In this document: one piece after another, positions 38,061 through 49,638 of the stretch
Layout of the letters: each line of letters starts with the position of its first letter
How positions within the stretch are numbered: position 1 is the first letter of the stretch
Assembly (NCBI GenBank): GCA_039545335.1
Contig: BCIN01000003.1
Coordinates: forward strand, 1,054,001-1,118,000
Length of the DNA stretch: 64,000 nucleotides
DNA from: Kondoa subrosea
Taxonomy: Eukaryota
Reading direction: 5' to 3'
The notes under the pieces: model-generated
Database searches by the model: none
The model's input: only the letters and a program-made list of their open reading frames with translations
Told to the model about the DNA's origin: nothing
Made by a program: the position numbers and the translations under genes

Positions 38061-38663
38061 GCTTTCTTCAGTTCACCTGTCTATGCATTTACAGATCCAT
38101 TTCAAGGCACTTCCACATTGGACTCAAGAGCACACGTCGCAGGATAATGAAGGTGAAGAAGAGTAGTAACAAGCCGAATTGATTCGAGGAATTGGTAGAC
38201 TCTTACTTTCGCGATAAGCTAAGCAGTAAGCAGAATCTGTACATAGGCTGCGGCACTATCTCCAGACAATCTCCAGACACCGGGAAGCCTGCCACTATTT
38301 ACCGTAGTAGTGCCAATTTCCTAACGTCTATGATCTGTTGCCCTGATTCAACCTTCGAGTGATCTGTTTTTGCTTTCTGCGTGAAGAGAGCTATACAAAG
38401 TGCCGCTCGTAGTCACCATCCAACCACCCGAGCTGCATCAAAGAGCTGATAAGACGGAAACCGTCTCAACAACCTGGCGCTTTCGGTACTTCAGCATTAT
38501 TAATCTTCTTCTTTGCTGCTCCTTTTCACTCTTTCAGCTTGCTCGTGATTACTCTATTGCGCGAAGCTGGATATCAGAGGCTTGAAGTGGGTAGCGAAAG
38601 ATTTTGGATTTGAGCTATATCGATTGAAGAGGCAAACGTAAGAAAGAGCAGGTTCACAGGAGC

Positions 38664-39820
38664 ATGATAGGAATCAACGCTCTTTCTTTGGAAGTTTTGG
38701 AGATTGTTCTTTGCCATTTGATCGATTATCAAGACTCATCGATATACAAGTGCCTTTTCGTAAATCAAGCCTTACACGCGGCTGCAAGAGGAAGAATTCT
38801 GCATGAAGAAGTCGACATTTTCAAGCCGCGTCAAGCGACTCTACTTTTCGATCGGTTATTAGCCTGTCCAGTCAAGCAACGCTGGATCTTCAAACTTCGT
38901 TTCACACTGTTGAATTGGCCGACAAGATGGCCAACTAGCTGTCTAATTGGCAGCACATCTATTGGTCATATGGTACCGCTTTTGCTCAATTTGCGAGATC
39001 TGGTAGGACTTAAGATACCTCGACATGACGGCGAATTAGTTCAACGCCTCATGAGTTTACGAAAGTTGGATTTCCTCGTGCTGGAGAACGTTTCCGATGG
39101 CGAATACAATCTTTGGCAAGCCATCACTTCCGAAAATCTACAGCAAATCGGCAATCTTCCCAGTCTTACAGAACTTAGTTTGGACGAGTACTCTCCATTT
39201 CGCTTGTCATCTATGCAACCACCTCTTGTCATTCACTGTCGCCTGACTTCACTGCAATTATGGAATTGCAAGATTTATACCGAAAGCTTGACCTATCTTT
39301 TGGCTGCCATGAAACCTAGGCTTAGCTATCTGCAAATCACAAATTGTCCAGACATGGACGTTGATACCATGGCCGAAGCAGTCACCGAACAGGCATCTCA
39401 AATCAAGACTCTAGGACTGAGTAACTCCTTTACCGTACTGAGTAACTCCTTCACCAACTCTGTACTGTCGGGTCCATCGGAGGCGGACTATTTGCGCAAA
39501 CTTACTTCTTTATCCCGCATCAGGCTGTGTGGAGCCGCTGCAGCTCGACACTCGCTATTGTCTTTGCCAATAAATGTAGTAGAGTTGGAATTAGAGGAAC
39601 TTACTTTTTTGGATGCTGGGTGGCTAGCTACAACGATTCTGCGTCGAAGAAGTTGGGAGTGTGAGATTACGGTTGTTGATAGTAAGTACGAGCGATCAGA
39701 TAAAGACCTCTTGCTAGTAAGCTCCCTTCTATCGTCTAATTTCATATCTAATGGCACATTCAGGCAATCTGCAAGAATCGCAAGACTTCAATCTGCTTCA
39801 AAGACTCTTTTGATGATTAG
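38664..39820 (+). CDS. F-box-like/LRR (RNI-like) protein, paralog B
   Basis: INALSLEVLEIVLCHL...CLFVN..LH N-terminus, LxxLxL repeats, single 3' intron then AICKNRKTSICFKDSFDD*. Confidence 0.75.
39416..39455 (+). repeat. In-frame 21-bp tandem duplication inside paralog B (LSNSFTV-LSNSFT)
   Basis: actgagtaactcctttaccgt actgagtaactccttcacc. Confidence 0.85.
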
Positions 39821-40011
39821 GTAACAGCAATTCAATCGTGTGGGATGAGTAATTTGGATTCAGGCAACAAAGAGGAAAGTGGTATCTAGTGACTCCAGTA
39901 ACCTAAAGAAGCGAAGACTATCTTAGGATGACCAGACATGACTATGTATATACAGCTAAGTTCCACATTGCAACATTGAAGTACAACGATTTTTTTGTTA
40001 GCGCGATAATG

Positions 40012-41763
40012 CTACTCCCCAACCGCAAACAATCGTCTTGCTGCGCTTGCTTTTGCCTCGAAGATGTCCAACGAGTTTGTTGAATTCGAATAATCGACTC
40101 GACATGTTACATCGAACGACTGGAACATAGCTTGACGTTCTTGGAACCATTTCACGAACGAGGATCGCGAGCATGATGTTCCAGGACCATCACTACAGCC
40201 AATCAAGCGCTGAGGTGTGTTGCTGACTAGAACTCGATAGTATTCTCCAGATTGATAGCCTTCAGAATCACAAGTCATCTTTTCCATCTGATTACAGATC
40301 GCATCAATCAGCCTATTGACAAGAGGCATACTATACATTCAGACTCACAGCCACGTTGACTAGGTATGTCAGAATATTGGAAGATCTCCATAGTCGACTT
40401 GGGTTGACAGCATCTTCGGGCATTGTAGCATTCGGGTTATTGCTTCCAGAGTAGATGGAGTTATTGAATAAGCCTAGACCAACATAAAGAGCAGGAGGTA
40501 ATCTATTCAGTCCGAGATCAGATGCATGTTTTCTGAATGGAAATCGAAGATGCTCACTCTCGATGTACGAAAGAGACGTAAATATCCTGTGTTGCATTAT
40601 CGGCCAGCAGTAATTCTATACTGGCATTCAGGTATGGAATGCCTTGAGCTCCAGCAATAGGTGATCCGTAACCAATGTTGTAGTGATAGCGAAGATCGTT
40701 TGAGTATTCGAAGCTTGACCATTCTCCAGCTGAAAACAATTTAGGTGAACAGAAGGGTGAAGAGCCTTTTATGGCTGCATCATAACCGCAAAGTAATTGC
40801 CTGTATTGAAGGTCAGATATTGCCATCCAGCGAAGCATGTCTTACATACATGGCGTAGACATCATCCGATGTGAAGTTGAAAGCAGTGCCATTAGTGAAA
40901 GTTGCGTTCGCATTCATAATTTGTGCATTGAAGCGGGCGACGATAGGAGGTAAGTAGACGTCGAAATAGGCCTAGGATCTAATCAGACGATATCGTTTGA
41001 TCGGGACAAGTCTCTCACATCCTGCTGACTAGATCCAGTTGAACCGCTGTATGCTGTACATGCGTCATGTGGAGCAAGAGAAGAAGCACCCTGAATGCGA
41101 AAAGCGTAACATGAGCAAATGAAGAAGATGTAGCTTCGAAGGCTCTCGACATACAGCTTCTTCTCCTTCCGGGACAACTATCTCCATTGACGAAGTATCA
41201 TTTCCTCCGGTATATCCTTGCAAGAAAGATCGACCAGTCTCTTGCGTTCTATTCGGCGAGGAAGCCCAAATTCGTTGAGGTTGGGTGAAGTTTGGATATT
41301 TCGAAGACACATTTCTGCCCAGCTGCATCGCCTGATCCATTCCCGATTGGGTCAACTCGGATCCATTCTCCTCAGTGATCCCACTCTTCCAAGTACTCAA
41401 GAAAGACAAAGTAGTCGTTTTGTTCCAATCTACAGAAGCATTTCCAAGTTTCTCGAGGAAAGGTTCAATATAAGATTCGTAGTCGAATGAATTGGCATGG
41501 ATTGCTGCATGACGAATTGCATAAGTTGCTCTAGTTACATTGCACCCTTGAGGAGGTGCAGGATTGAGAGGTTCTGGCCATTCTGATATATAATCTGCGA
41601 GACCAATGAGCGAATTCAAGCCACTGGAATACGACCTACAAGGACTATTGGCTGATTGATGCTGCAATACTTCGAAATCAAAGCGAGGGTTAAAATTATA
41701 GATTTGAGCAAGGACGCCAGGTAGCAGGAGGCTCAGTGTGAGTAGAGCTCGACTCTTGGCCAT
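40012..41763 (-). CDS. Secreted histidine acid phosphatase/phytase-like protein
   Basis: Signal peptide, PQGCNVTRA..IRHA.I (RHG variant), GSELT..G, R..ET, LCGYD, FEY.NDL.YHY..GYG, SFVHRE; many N-glycosylation sequons. Confidence 0.88.
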
Positions 41764-42428
41764 TCTAGGTGATGGTACGGAAGAAGAGAGAGAAAAAGGC
41801 AAAGGGACAGGAGATCTTTTTATATACGTCAGGTCCCGGTATCATTTAGCAAACTGGTAGCCGCATATTTACAGGCAGAGCGTCACCAACCAATAGTGCA
41901 GCAGAGAAGCAGCCTAGCAAGCTGCACGCGAGCAATGGAAATGCACAGGAAATGATTAATGAAGCCTAGATTTGACAGAGCTGCAATGGTGATACATTGC
42001 AAAAGGGAGGCAGGCGTAAGTCTTGACAGCGAGGCCGGCTGAGAATCCATGCTGCTAGCACCGCTGACGCAAGACAAGGTAAATGTCTTCCTTTCACCTG
42101 AACGAGCATTACGGAATATCGCAACATTGGTGGACTGGCTCATAAGACAAAGATTGGCTCGCAACAGCTCAAGCTCAAGCTCAATAGCAAGGACATCAAG
42201 CGGGACCAGAGCAGAGCGAGGAAGAAGTGAAAGTCGGACTTTGTAGAAGCTCTTCTGGGATACAGCAAGCTGGAATTGGTACAACTTCTCTGCTACAAGC
42301 AAGACTGGTGTTTCTGCTCAGAAATCACAATCCTCTCAGCAGCGGAAACATTTTCCTCCTCATAGTTCAACGTAAAAGTAGTCTTCGACGAAGCACTCCA
42401 GCTCCCCGCAAGCTTTCTTTGGTCCTGC

Positions 42429-43572
42429 ATGGCAACTATCCACTCTCTGTCAGCTGAACTGATCGAAAATATCCTTTCTCACAATATTGCATACGCTTCA
42501 AGCAATATTGCGCGCGCTGCAAGGCTCTGCAAGCTCTGGCACACCTGTTCTACGGGACAGATGCTGTACGAAGAAATTACACTCGCAAAGCCAATATCTG
42601 CGCATTATCTACTACAGCAGCTTCTACGCCGACCTGAACGGCAACGATGGGTCGAAATACTCAACTTGAGGCACTTTTCTAAGTGGCCCAAAAAATATCC
42701 AGAAGAAAGTCGTTTTCTACCTGCCACCCTTAACTACCTGATTCCCTTGCTAGTCAATCTTCAGGGTCTCTACAATCTAAGAGTTCCAATTCTTCTAGGT
42801 GAAGAGCTACTAGATGGCATTTGCAATCACACTCAGCTCAAAATCATCAGTCTTAGCACTTCCGGCGATTATTTTCCTCCATTGCGAGCTCTTGCTGTCT
42901 CAGAAGTATCTAGGCTCCTCAGTCTGCCGAATCTGCACACCGTTCACTTGAAGCATTGTTGCGACCGGCTCGCAAATTTGAGCCTAAATCAGGCCCGATC
43001 TTCACTCTTCCTCAAATGTTCCGCCGAGGAACTTTGTCTATATAATTGCGATGAGCGACTATCACAAGCTGGACTGAGCGCCCTCTTATTGCACTTCTCC
43101 AAACTCCGATTCCTTCTGATCACCCAATCTGATGGCACGTATTCTCACAACGCTTGCATCGACGGCATTATAGTATGCGGATCAACTCTCATACACCTGA
43201 TTATCGAAACATCATTCCTTAAAGAAAAAGAACCTCCCACACAACACGACTTTTTGAAGCACTTCACGGCACTTAGATCCGCTACATTCTGCGGCGCTTC
43301 ACTGGCACGAGATTCACTGCTTTACCTTGGATCCGATATGAGGAAGTTAATGCTGGTAAACACCGTATTCGTCGACGCCGGTTGGTTGGCAACTTCGATT
43401 GAATCATGGAAGCAAGATAAGATGAAATTGATAGTAAAGAACGAGTCATATGATCAGCGCGATAGAGATCATTTACAGGTCAATGACGCAATTAAGAGTT
43501 TTGGGTTTGAGCTGACGCTTTTGAACACAGGCGGTTTGTGATAGACGCGGATACTCCATCACTTTCACCTAA
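42429..43572 (+). CDS. F-box-like/LRR (RNI-like) protein, paralog C
   Basis: MATIHSLSAELIENILSH..ARLCKLWH, LRR repeats, same 3' intron position as paralogs A and B, ends AVCDRRGYSITFT*. Confidence 0.75.
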
Positions 43573-43777
43573 TCAAATTTTTGCATACATCACACAAACT
43601 TCGTCCAACCTCGTTAGCATGTCAAGGCAGATTAAGGGTGTTTGGTATTCGGTTTTCGCTTGATGAAAGGAAGCTTGCCATTCTGTTCTGCAACGTATAG
43701 GCACCAACAGGTTCAGGATCAGGTGGAGGGAATGAAACACGATCTGAAAGGGACTGCAACTCGCCAGCGGAAGCGTA

Positions 43778-43807
43778 CGGGATATGCTGTTGCGGGATAT
43801 GCTGTTG
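43778..43807. repeat. Perfect 15-bp tandem duplication upstream of CDT2
   Basis: cgggatatgctgttg x2. Confidence 0.9.
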
Positions 43808-44018
43808 TACGGAATCAAGGGATTCGCCTAGTAACCCTACTATACTAGGACTCAGCCATGCATGAATACAACTTAATTCCTAACCGTTTCGCCGGGCGAG
43901 GTTCAGCGGAAATTCTTGGGCAATTCTTAGACGCGCTTGAATTTCATAACAATGCTGCATTGTGCCCGAAATTTCGTTCTTCTTCCGTTGCACCCATCAC
44001 CTCTCTCCTCCCTCAAGC

Positions 44019-46024
44019 ATGGCCTCTATCCTCTCCTCTCCCAAACGCGAGCCCCTCTTGAGCCTATCAGGCGCGAATCGAACAGCAGCCAATCTTCGCC
44101 AAACCTCATTGCTCGATGTTTTTGCCAAACACGCGCTTCAGACTCAGCAACCGAGCTCTGAAGGTACATCTGGTGATAGCTTAGAGATCCAGCACAGCCA
44201 TTCCAGCGATGATGAGGAAGCAGAAGAACCGGAACCCATCAGCAGAAAACGAGCGCGTTTCTCAAACGACTGCAATCTTTCAAAGGAAGCCTCTACTTCT
44301 TCTTTATCATCCAGTAGTACTGGTAGAAGGCTAACAGATCACGCTGCAAGATCTGATGCGTTGATCTCTTCTTTTGGCTTGACGCGACGTTTGAGTCTCG
44401 CTCCTGCGCATAAATTAGGTCGAAGAGGTGTTCAGAATCAACGACGTTCGCTCTCTTACCTACTTTCCTTCTATTATGTGCTAATTACGAGGTCAATCTA
44501 GGCGATATGACGGAATACATGGAATCTTTTACTTCGAACAATGCGTCGGACGTGTATCGCTGCGACTCAATCAATGACTACAGACATTGGGCTCCTCCTT
44601 TTGCTTGTGCTTTTACGAATGGTAGGTCTTCTATTTGACCAATGAGCGCGTCACTAATACACTTGTTGATTGTTGCATTAGCGGCTAAACTTGGAGGTGG
44701 TAAACAATTGCTGGCGACGGCTACTGAAGAAGGCATGGTATCTTTTCTCGATACAGGCATCACAGCAGAAGAAGAGCGGAGTGAGTTCCTTGCGCGTTTG
44801 ACATGTTCGAGCTCAACCTGATTATGGAATAGCTAAAACCCGGACAACATTCCAAGCTCACAACAATGCAATCTTTGACCTTCGTTGGTCAGCAGACGAC
44901 AGATACATTGCGACAGCGTCGGGCGATCAAACTCTTTGCGTCTTCGATTCCGAAACTCAGCAACAAGTAGCGAAAGCTTGTGGTCATTTGTCTACTATTA
45001 AACAAGTTGTGTGGGATCCTCAACAAGGTGGTGGAAATTCTATTCTTGCTACTGGTTCAAGAGATGGATCTGTTAGAATTTGGGACACGAGAGCGAAAGA
45101 TGAAGATCAAGAGATGGATGGAAGTGCTACGAGACTGGATATCGATCAAATCAATCTTGTTCAGAACGCTCATGGTCTCCATGCAAAATCAGGAAAAGGC
45201 TTGAAAGCTTCTGTAAGTATTTCTCGAATTTGCAACATGTTATGCTGATAGCTGTTCTGTTTTAGCGCACTGCTGTTCGATCAGTCACTTCTATTGTCTA
45301 CTTGCAACAACGTGATCATCTCATCGCTTCATCTGGATCAGCCGATGGAGTAGTCAAAGTCTGGGATTTGCGAAAATCACATTCCAGGCGAATCAATCCT
45401 GTACCTCTCACACAATCGCCAGATTTCTCTTTCATTCAACCTCCCAACGGACCTTCAAGATCGCATGGTATTTCTACCCTGACCCTATCACCAGATGGAA
45501 CCTCACTCTACGCCTTGTCCACTTCGTCCTGCATTTATCAACTCGATGCTCTAAACTTATCCAACCCTAAACCGATCAAAACCTTTTCTGCTCCTTCTAC
45601 ACCACTTCTGCACGCCTCATTCCGTACTTCTTCCTTTTATGTCAAAATGGCCCTGTCTCCTTCTGGACATCCATACGGAGCTGGAAGATTCTTGGTTGCT
45701 GGTAGTATGGATGGAAGTTGTTGGATGTGGGACACGCAAGAAGCTACTGGAAAGAGACCGGTCGCTTTCAACGGTCATACCAAAGAAACGGAAGTGACTG
45801 CTTTAGATTGGGGATCAGAAGGATTCGCTACTTCTTCTGATGATGTAAGTCCTCCTTTCTATTATGTATAGGGGGGAGAACAGAGAGCTGATGATTTGTT
45901 GTATCAGTTGACTGTCAGACTTTGGAGAAGTAACATCCAGCTCAAGAGACAAACGGAAGAAGATACACCTGAAGCTAAACATCTCAAATGGCGCAACAGC
46001 GGCATTTGGCCCAGCTCGGACTAG
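44019..46024 (+). CDS. CDT2: WD40 substrate receptor of CRL4 (Cdt2/DTL)
   Basis: PPFACAF, LATATEEG, FQAHNNAIFDLRWS, ATASGDQT, TGSRDG..RIWDTR, DGVVKVWDLR, SFYVKMALSP. Confidence 0.85.
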
Positions 46025-46329
46025 ATAGAAAAGAAAGAACGGCGCACTTCCATACAATCATCAAACACTTCGTCATGCATACTTATATCATCCATTCGCA
46101 CTATGCAAGAGCCTCATTATCTCTCTCTAGCACACAAAATCATGCAACATAGTCTCTTTCTCTCTCATATAATCAGTAACAATGGTTTGTACAGTAACGA
46201 AAATTTGTGATTTGTTCACTTTGCAATGCAATACCCAACACGCACAAGAGTAACACTGCTCCTTTCATTTTTTGACTTTGTCTTTTGTTCCCTATATGTG
46301 AGACCGCTAATACTTTTGCTTGGTAGCCT

Positions 46330-47160
46330 TTAAACAGAGAAAGCGATAGCGGAATCATCAACTCCTGCAGGTCCAGCAGAAGTAATGAAGCGTCCTCTTT
46401 GTTGACCTTGTTGAGGGATAGGCAGAGGTAAACCATCTTCCGCAGCTACTCGGTTCATGATTTCGCTCAAGCCTTGAGAAGTGGTTTGACGAGCTTCTGT
46501 TGTCAGCAGGTGCGGGAGAGCAAGGAAGTGGGTGTCTGAGAAAGAAAGCAGCAGAAGGACAACGCACCGGTGTAGACTCTTTCCATGTCTTTCTTCAATT
46601 CTTGCGCTGCGGTCGGAAGGTGAGTACATTATCTGAGACATAGACTGCAGAACTAACCGTGTCCACCTCTGTCCTTGTTCAATCGACCAATAGCATCAGC
46701 AATAGCAGAATAGGTCTCCTAGCATGATCATCAGAAGGGAAACAAGAGAAATAAAGAAAGCAAACGAAGAACTCGCCCAAGCAGCTCAAAAGACCCATGT
46801 ACGCATGATTAACAGCTTGTCGATCTTGCTCGTAAGCTTCTATTCCGCGTTTCATGATAGCCAATCTGTTATTGACAACCAAATTGGACTTCTTCATGCA
46901 CGAGAGCTGGAGAGAAGAAGGGCTTACCGATTAGCATACATCTCTTCAATCGCAGCTTGTAAAGCGGCTGGATGTTCTTGAGCTACTTTGTTTGCGTGTG
47001 TAAGGATCTTCTTCTGCTTGGTCTTGCGTTGCTTGCTTTGCATCTGCTCATAGACTGTGGTAAGCAAATGTAAGACAGACAACGCGGGACTCTTTACTTG
47101 TTGGATCTGTCCCATAAGGGCTGCGAAGTCTGGAGCGGTCTCTTCATCTGATGAGGACAT
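46330..47160 (-). CDS. Hypothetical helical protein, multi-exon (3' end uncertain)
   Basis: ATG 47160 MSSSDEETAPDFAALMGQIQQ, followed by helical exons joined by short introns; no recognisable family. Confidence 0.55.
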
Positions 47161-47513
47161 GTTTGCAGATCTTGAAGTCGTGGTCGAGAGAGAAAGTCGG
47201 AAGTGTGTTACTCGCGAAATTGAGCGATACAGAGGCAACAAAAGCTTGAACACAAACCGTGACTGATTGCGCATCATCAAACGCTCTTGATAGTGTCTCG
47301 AGCGTTCATCTCGCGTGTGGCTTGTGCACAGACCCTCTGGCACTTGTGCGAGCGCTAAAATCTGCATAATGCTCTCTTTGCTCGAGCTACGTTTCTCGCT
47401 TGCTGCTGCTGCAGTGCTGCCTGCTACTCGAGGACCTCTCTATAACTAGACTTCACACACTGCCTCCGTTCATCACTTGATTTTCTGTGCAATCCAATCT
47501 CTTTTTCTGAAAT

Positions 47514-49486
47514 ATGGTCGCTTCTTCCGTTACCATACATTGCGGTCAAGCAGGTAATCAAGCTGCTCTGGAATACTGGCATCAAATACTGCAAGGCAAG
47601 GTTCTATATGCGCACAAAGCGAGTCACAGCTTATTTACCAAGTCACCTGACAGAGCATCAGATAGATAATCAAGGCTTTTACCATGGCTCAAGGGATTAC
47701 GAGCTCGAACGAATTGCAGTCAATTTCTCAGAAACAGAGAATAAGCGTTTCGTTCCTCGAGCACTCAATATAGATCTAGAACCTGGAACTATTGCTGCAA
47801 CCAAAGCTAGCGATTTGGGTTCACTCTTCAAGCCTGATTCCTATATATGGGGTCAGAGTTCAGCAGGCAACAATTTTGCGAAAGGTATGGCTTATTTGGG
47901 AACCGGTCGAATTATGCTGATCTGTATAATTAGGGTACTATACGGAAGGAGTCAGTCCGCATTATCTGGCACAATCTGCCACTGATTATGATACAGGCGG
48001 AACATGTCGAGCAAAGCCTGGAAGTAATCCGAAAAGAAGCAGAGGGCTGCGATTTGCTGCAAGGCTTTCAAATGATTCACAGCGTCGGAGGCAAGTGTAA
48101 TCCAATTGATCTGAGTGACTATACTTAGACTAGCTGCAGGCGGGACAGGAAGCGGTATGGGTACTTTGATTCTGGATAAGCTGCGAGAAGAATTTCCAGA
48201 TCGCATGCTTTGCACCTATGTTTGTCTTCTGTTGTTCTGGAGACGTCAATCTCTGATGCTTCTTTGAGCAGTCCATTCTTCCTTCGCCGAATATGGGCAG
48301 CGACACTGTAACGGAACCCTATAACACCATCTTAGCGCTACATCGCCTGATAGAGACATCAGACATGACTTGTCAGTCATTCTTCGTTATTCGCTGTGTC
48401 AAGAGCTGACGATAGAAAATGCACCATTGACAGTCGCCTTCGATAATGATGCGCTATATGAAATTCAGACAAATCAGCTCAAAAACAAGAGTCCCACTTT
48501 TGCGAATCTCAACAAGTTGATCGCTCAGGTAAAGCTAGATTTCACATTGTATCCTGTATGTTTGTCCTGAATTCGGCTTTACAGGCTATTTGCGGCGCTA
48601 CTGCTTCTCTACGCTTCCCAGGTCAACTCAATTCCGACCTGCGCAAAATGGCAGTCAACTTGGTTCCCTTTCCTCGATTGCATTTCTTCAGCACAGCTTT
48701 TGCTCCATTTTCATCCGAAGGAGGTAAAGCTCATAGCCTCACAAAAATCCCCGATCTTGCGCAACAGCTTTTCAACCCCACTAATCAGATGGTTGCTGTG
48801 AGTTTTGGGTACACTCTGCCATTAATTGCGCTGAAATGGACCTGCCACTCCCACAGTGTGATCCACGCTTGGGCAAATATCTCACTGCTTATGCCGCCTT
48901 TCGAGGGAATAATCTATCTCACTATGAATTGGAAGAAGCAAGTCAGTCGTGCTGAACGAAACTATTATATGGAATCTGACGAGATCCTACTAGTGACCGC
49001 GATTCAAGAACGCAATCATGATTACTTTGTCAACTTCTCGAGCGTTTCTCACAGTCAAAGTGATGTTGGCGCTCCAGGTCTCAAAGTAAGTCTGCAATCC
49101 CTTTCGCAAACACAGCTGATGACATTAGCACAGTTATCTGCTACGTTGATCGGTAACTCTACTTCGATGAAAGACGTTTTGGCTCGAACTGCAGACCAAT
49201 TTCAAGCTATGTTCAAACGAAGAGCTTTCGTTCATTGGTTCTCGGCTGAAGGAATGGATGATATGGAGATGCACGAAGCTAATGAGAATGTCTTGGATTT
49301 GATTCGGGAGTATCAAGCTTGTGAGTGTTTCTGTCATTCAGCTCAATGAGCTGTAGTGATACGAAGCCCACAGATGAAATCGATGGAGAAGAAGAAGAGG
49401 AAGAACTTGAGGAGGAATACCCAGCAAATGAAGGAGCAGATCAATCACAATCACCGATGACGCGAAGTAATATATCTATCATTTGA
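47514..49486 (+). CDS. Highly divergent beta-tubulin paralog
   Basis: [89 protein letters not shown], acidic tail. Confidence 0.92.
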
Positions 49487-49638
49487 TTGGCTCGTGCTAG
49501 ATCCATCTTCCTTACTAATACAAGTATAATATGCATATCTTCGCGATAGCTGTCTTTGCATCGGAAAGCCACGGATTCTCCGCCTTGATTGAATTTCAAC
49601 CGTTCTCGATGATTTGAGGGGTTTCACTATCAATAACG

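Noticed and set aside
38330..38600. Possible additional decayed F-box fragments between the paralogs (also about 36390-36600 and 42240-42400)
   Set aside because: Only a faint by-eye resemblance (e.g. LSA*RELYKVPL); cannot be supported without a translated search.
40550..41515. Phosphatase catalytic motifs RHA and HR instead of RHG and HD
   Set aside because: Variant motifs of this kind occur in fungal histidine acid phosphatases; not evidence of novelty or inactivation by themselves.
46715..46815. Possible non-GT/GC splice donor in the orphan gene
   Set aside because: An upstream phase-0 GT donor (gttaat) can restore the frame, so no exotic site is required.
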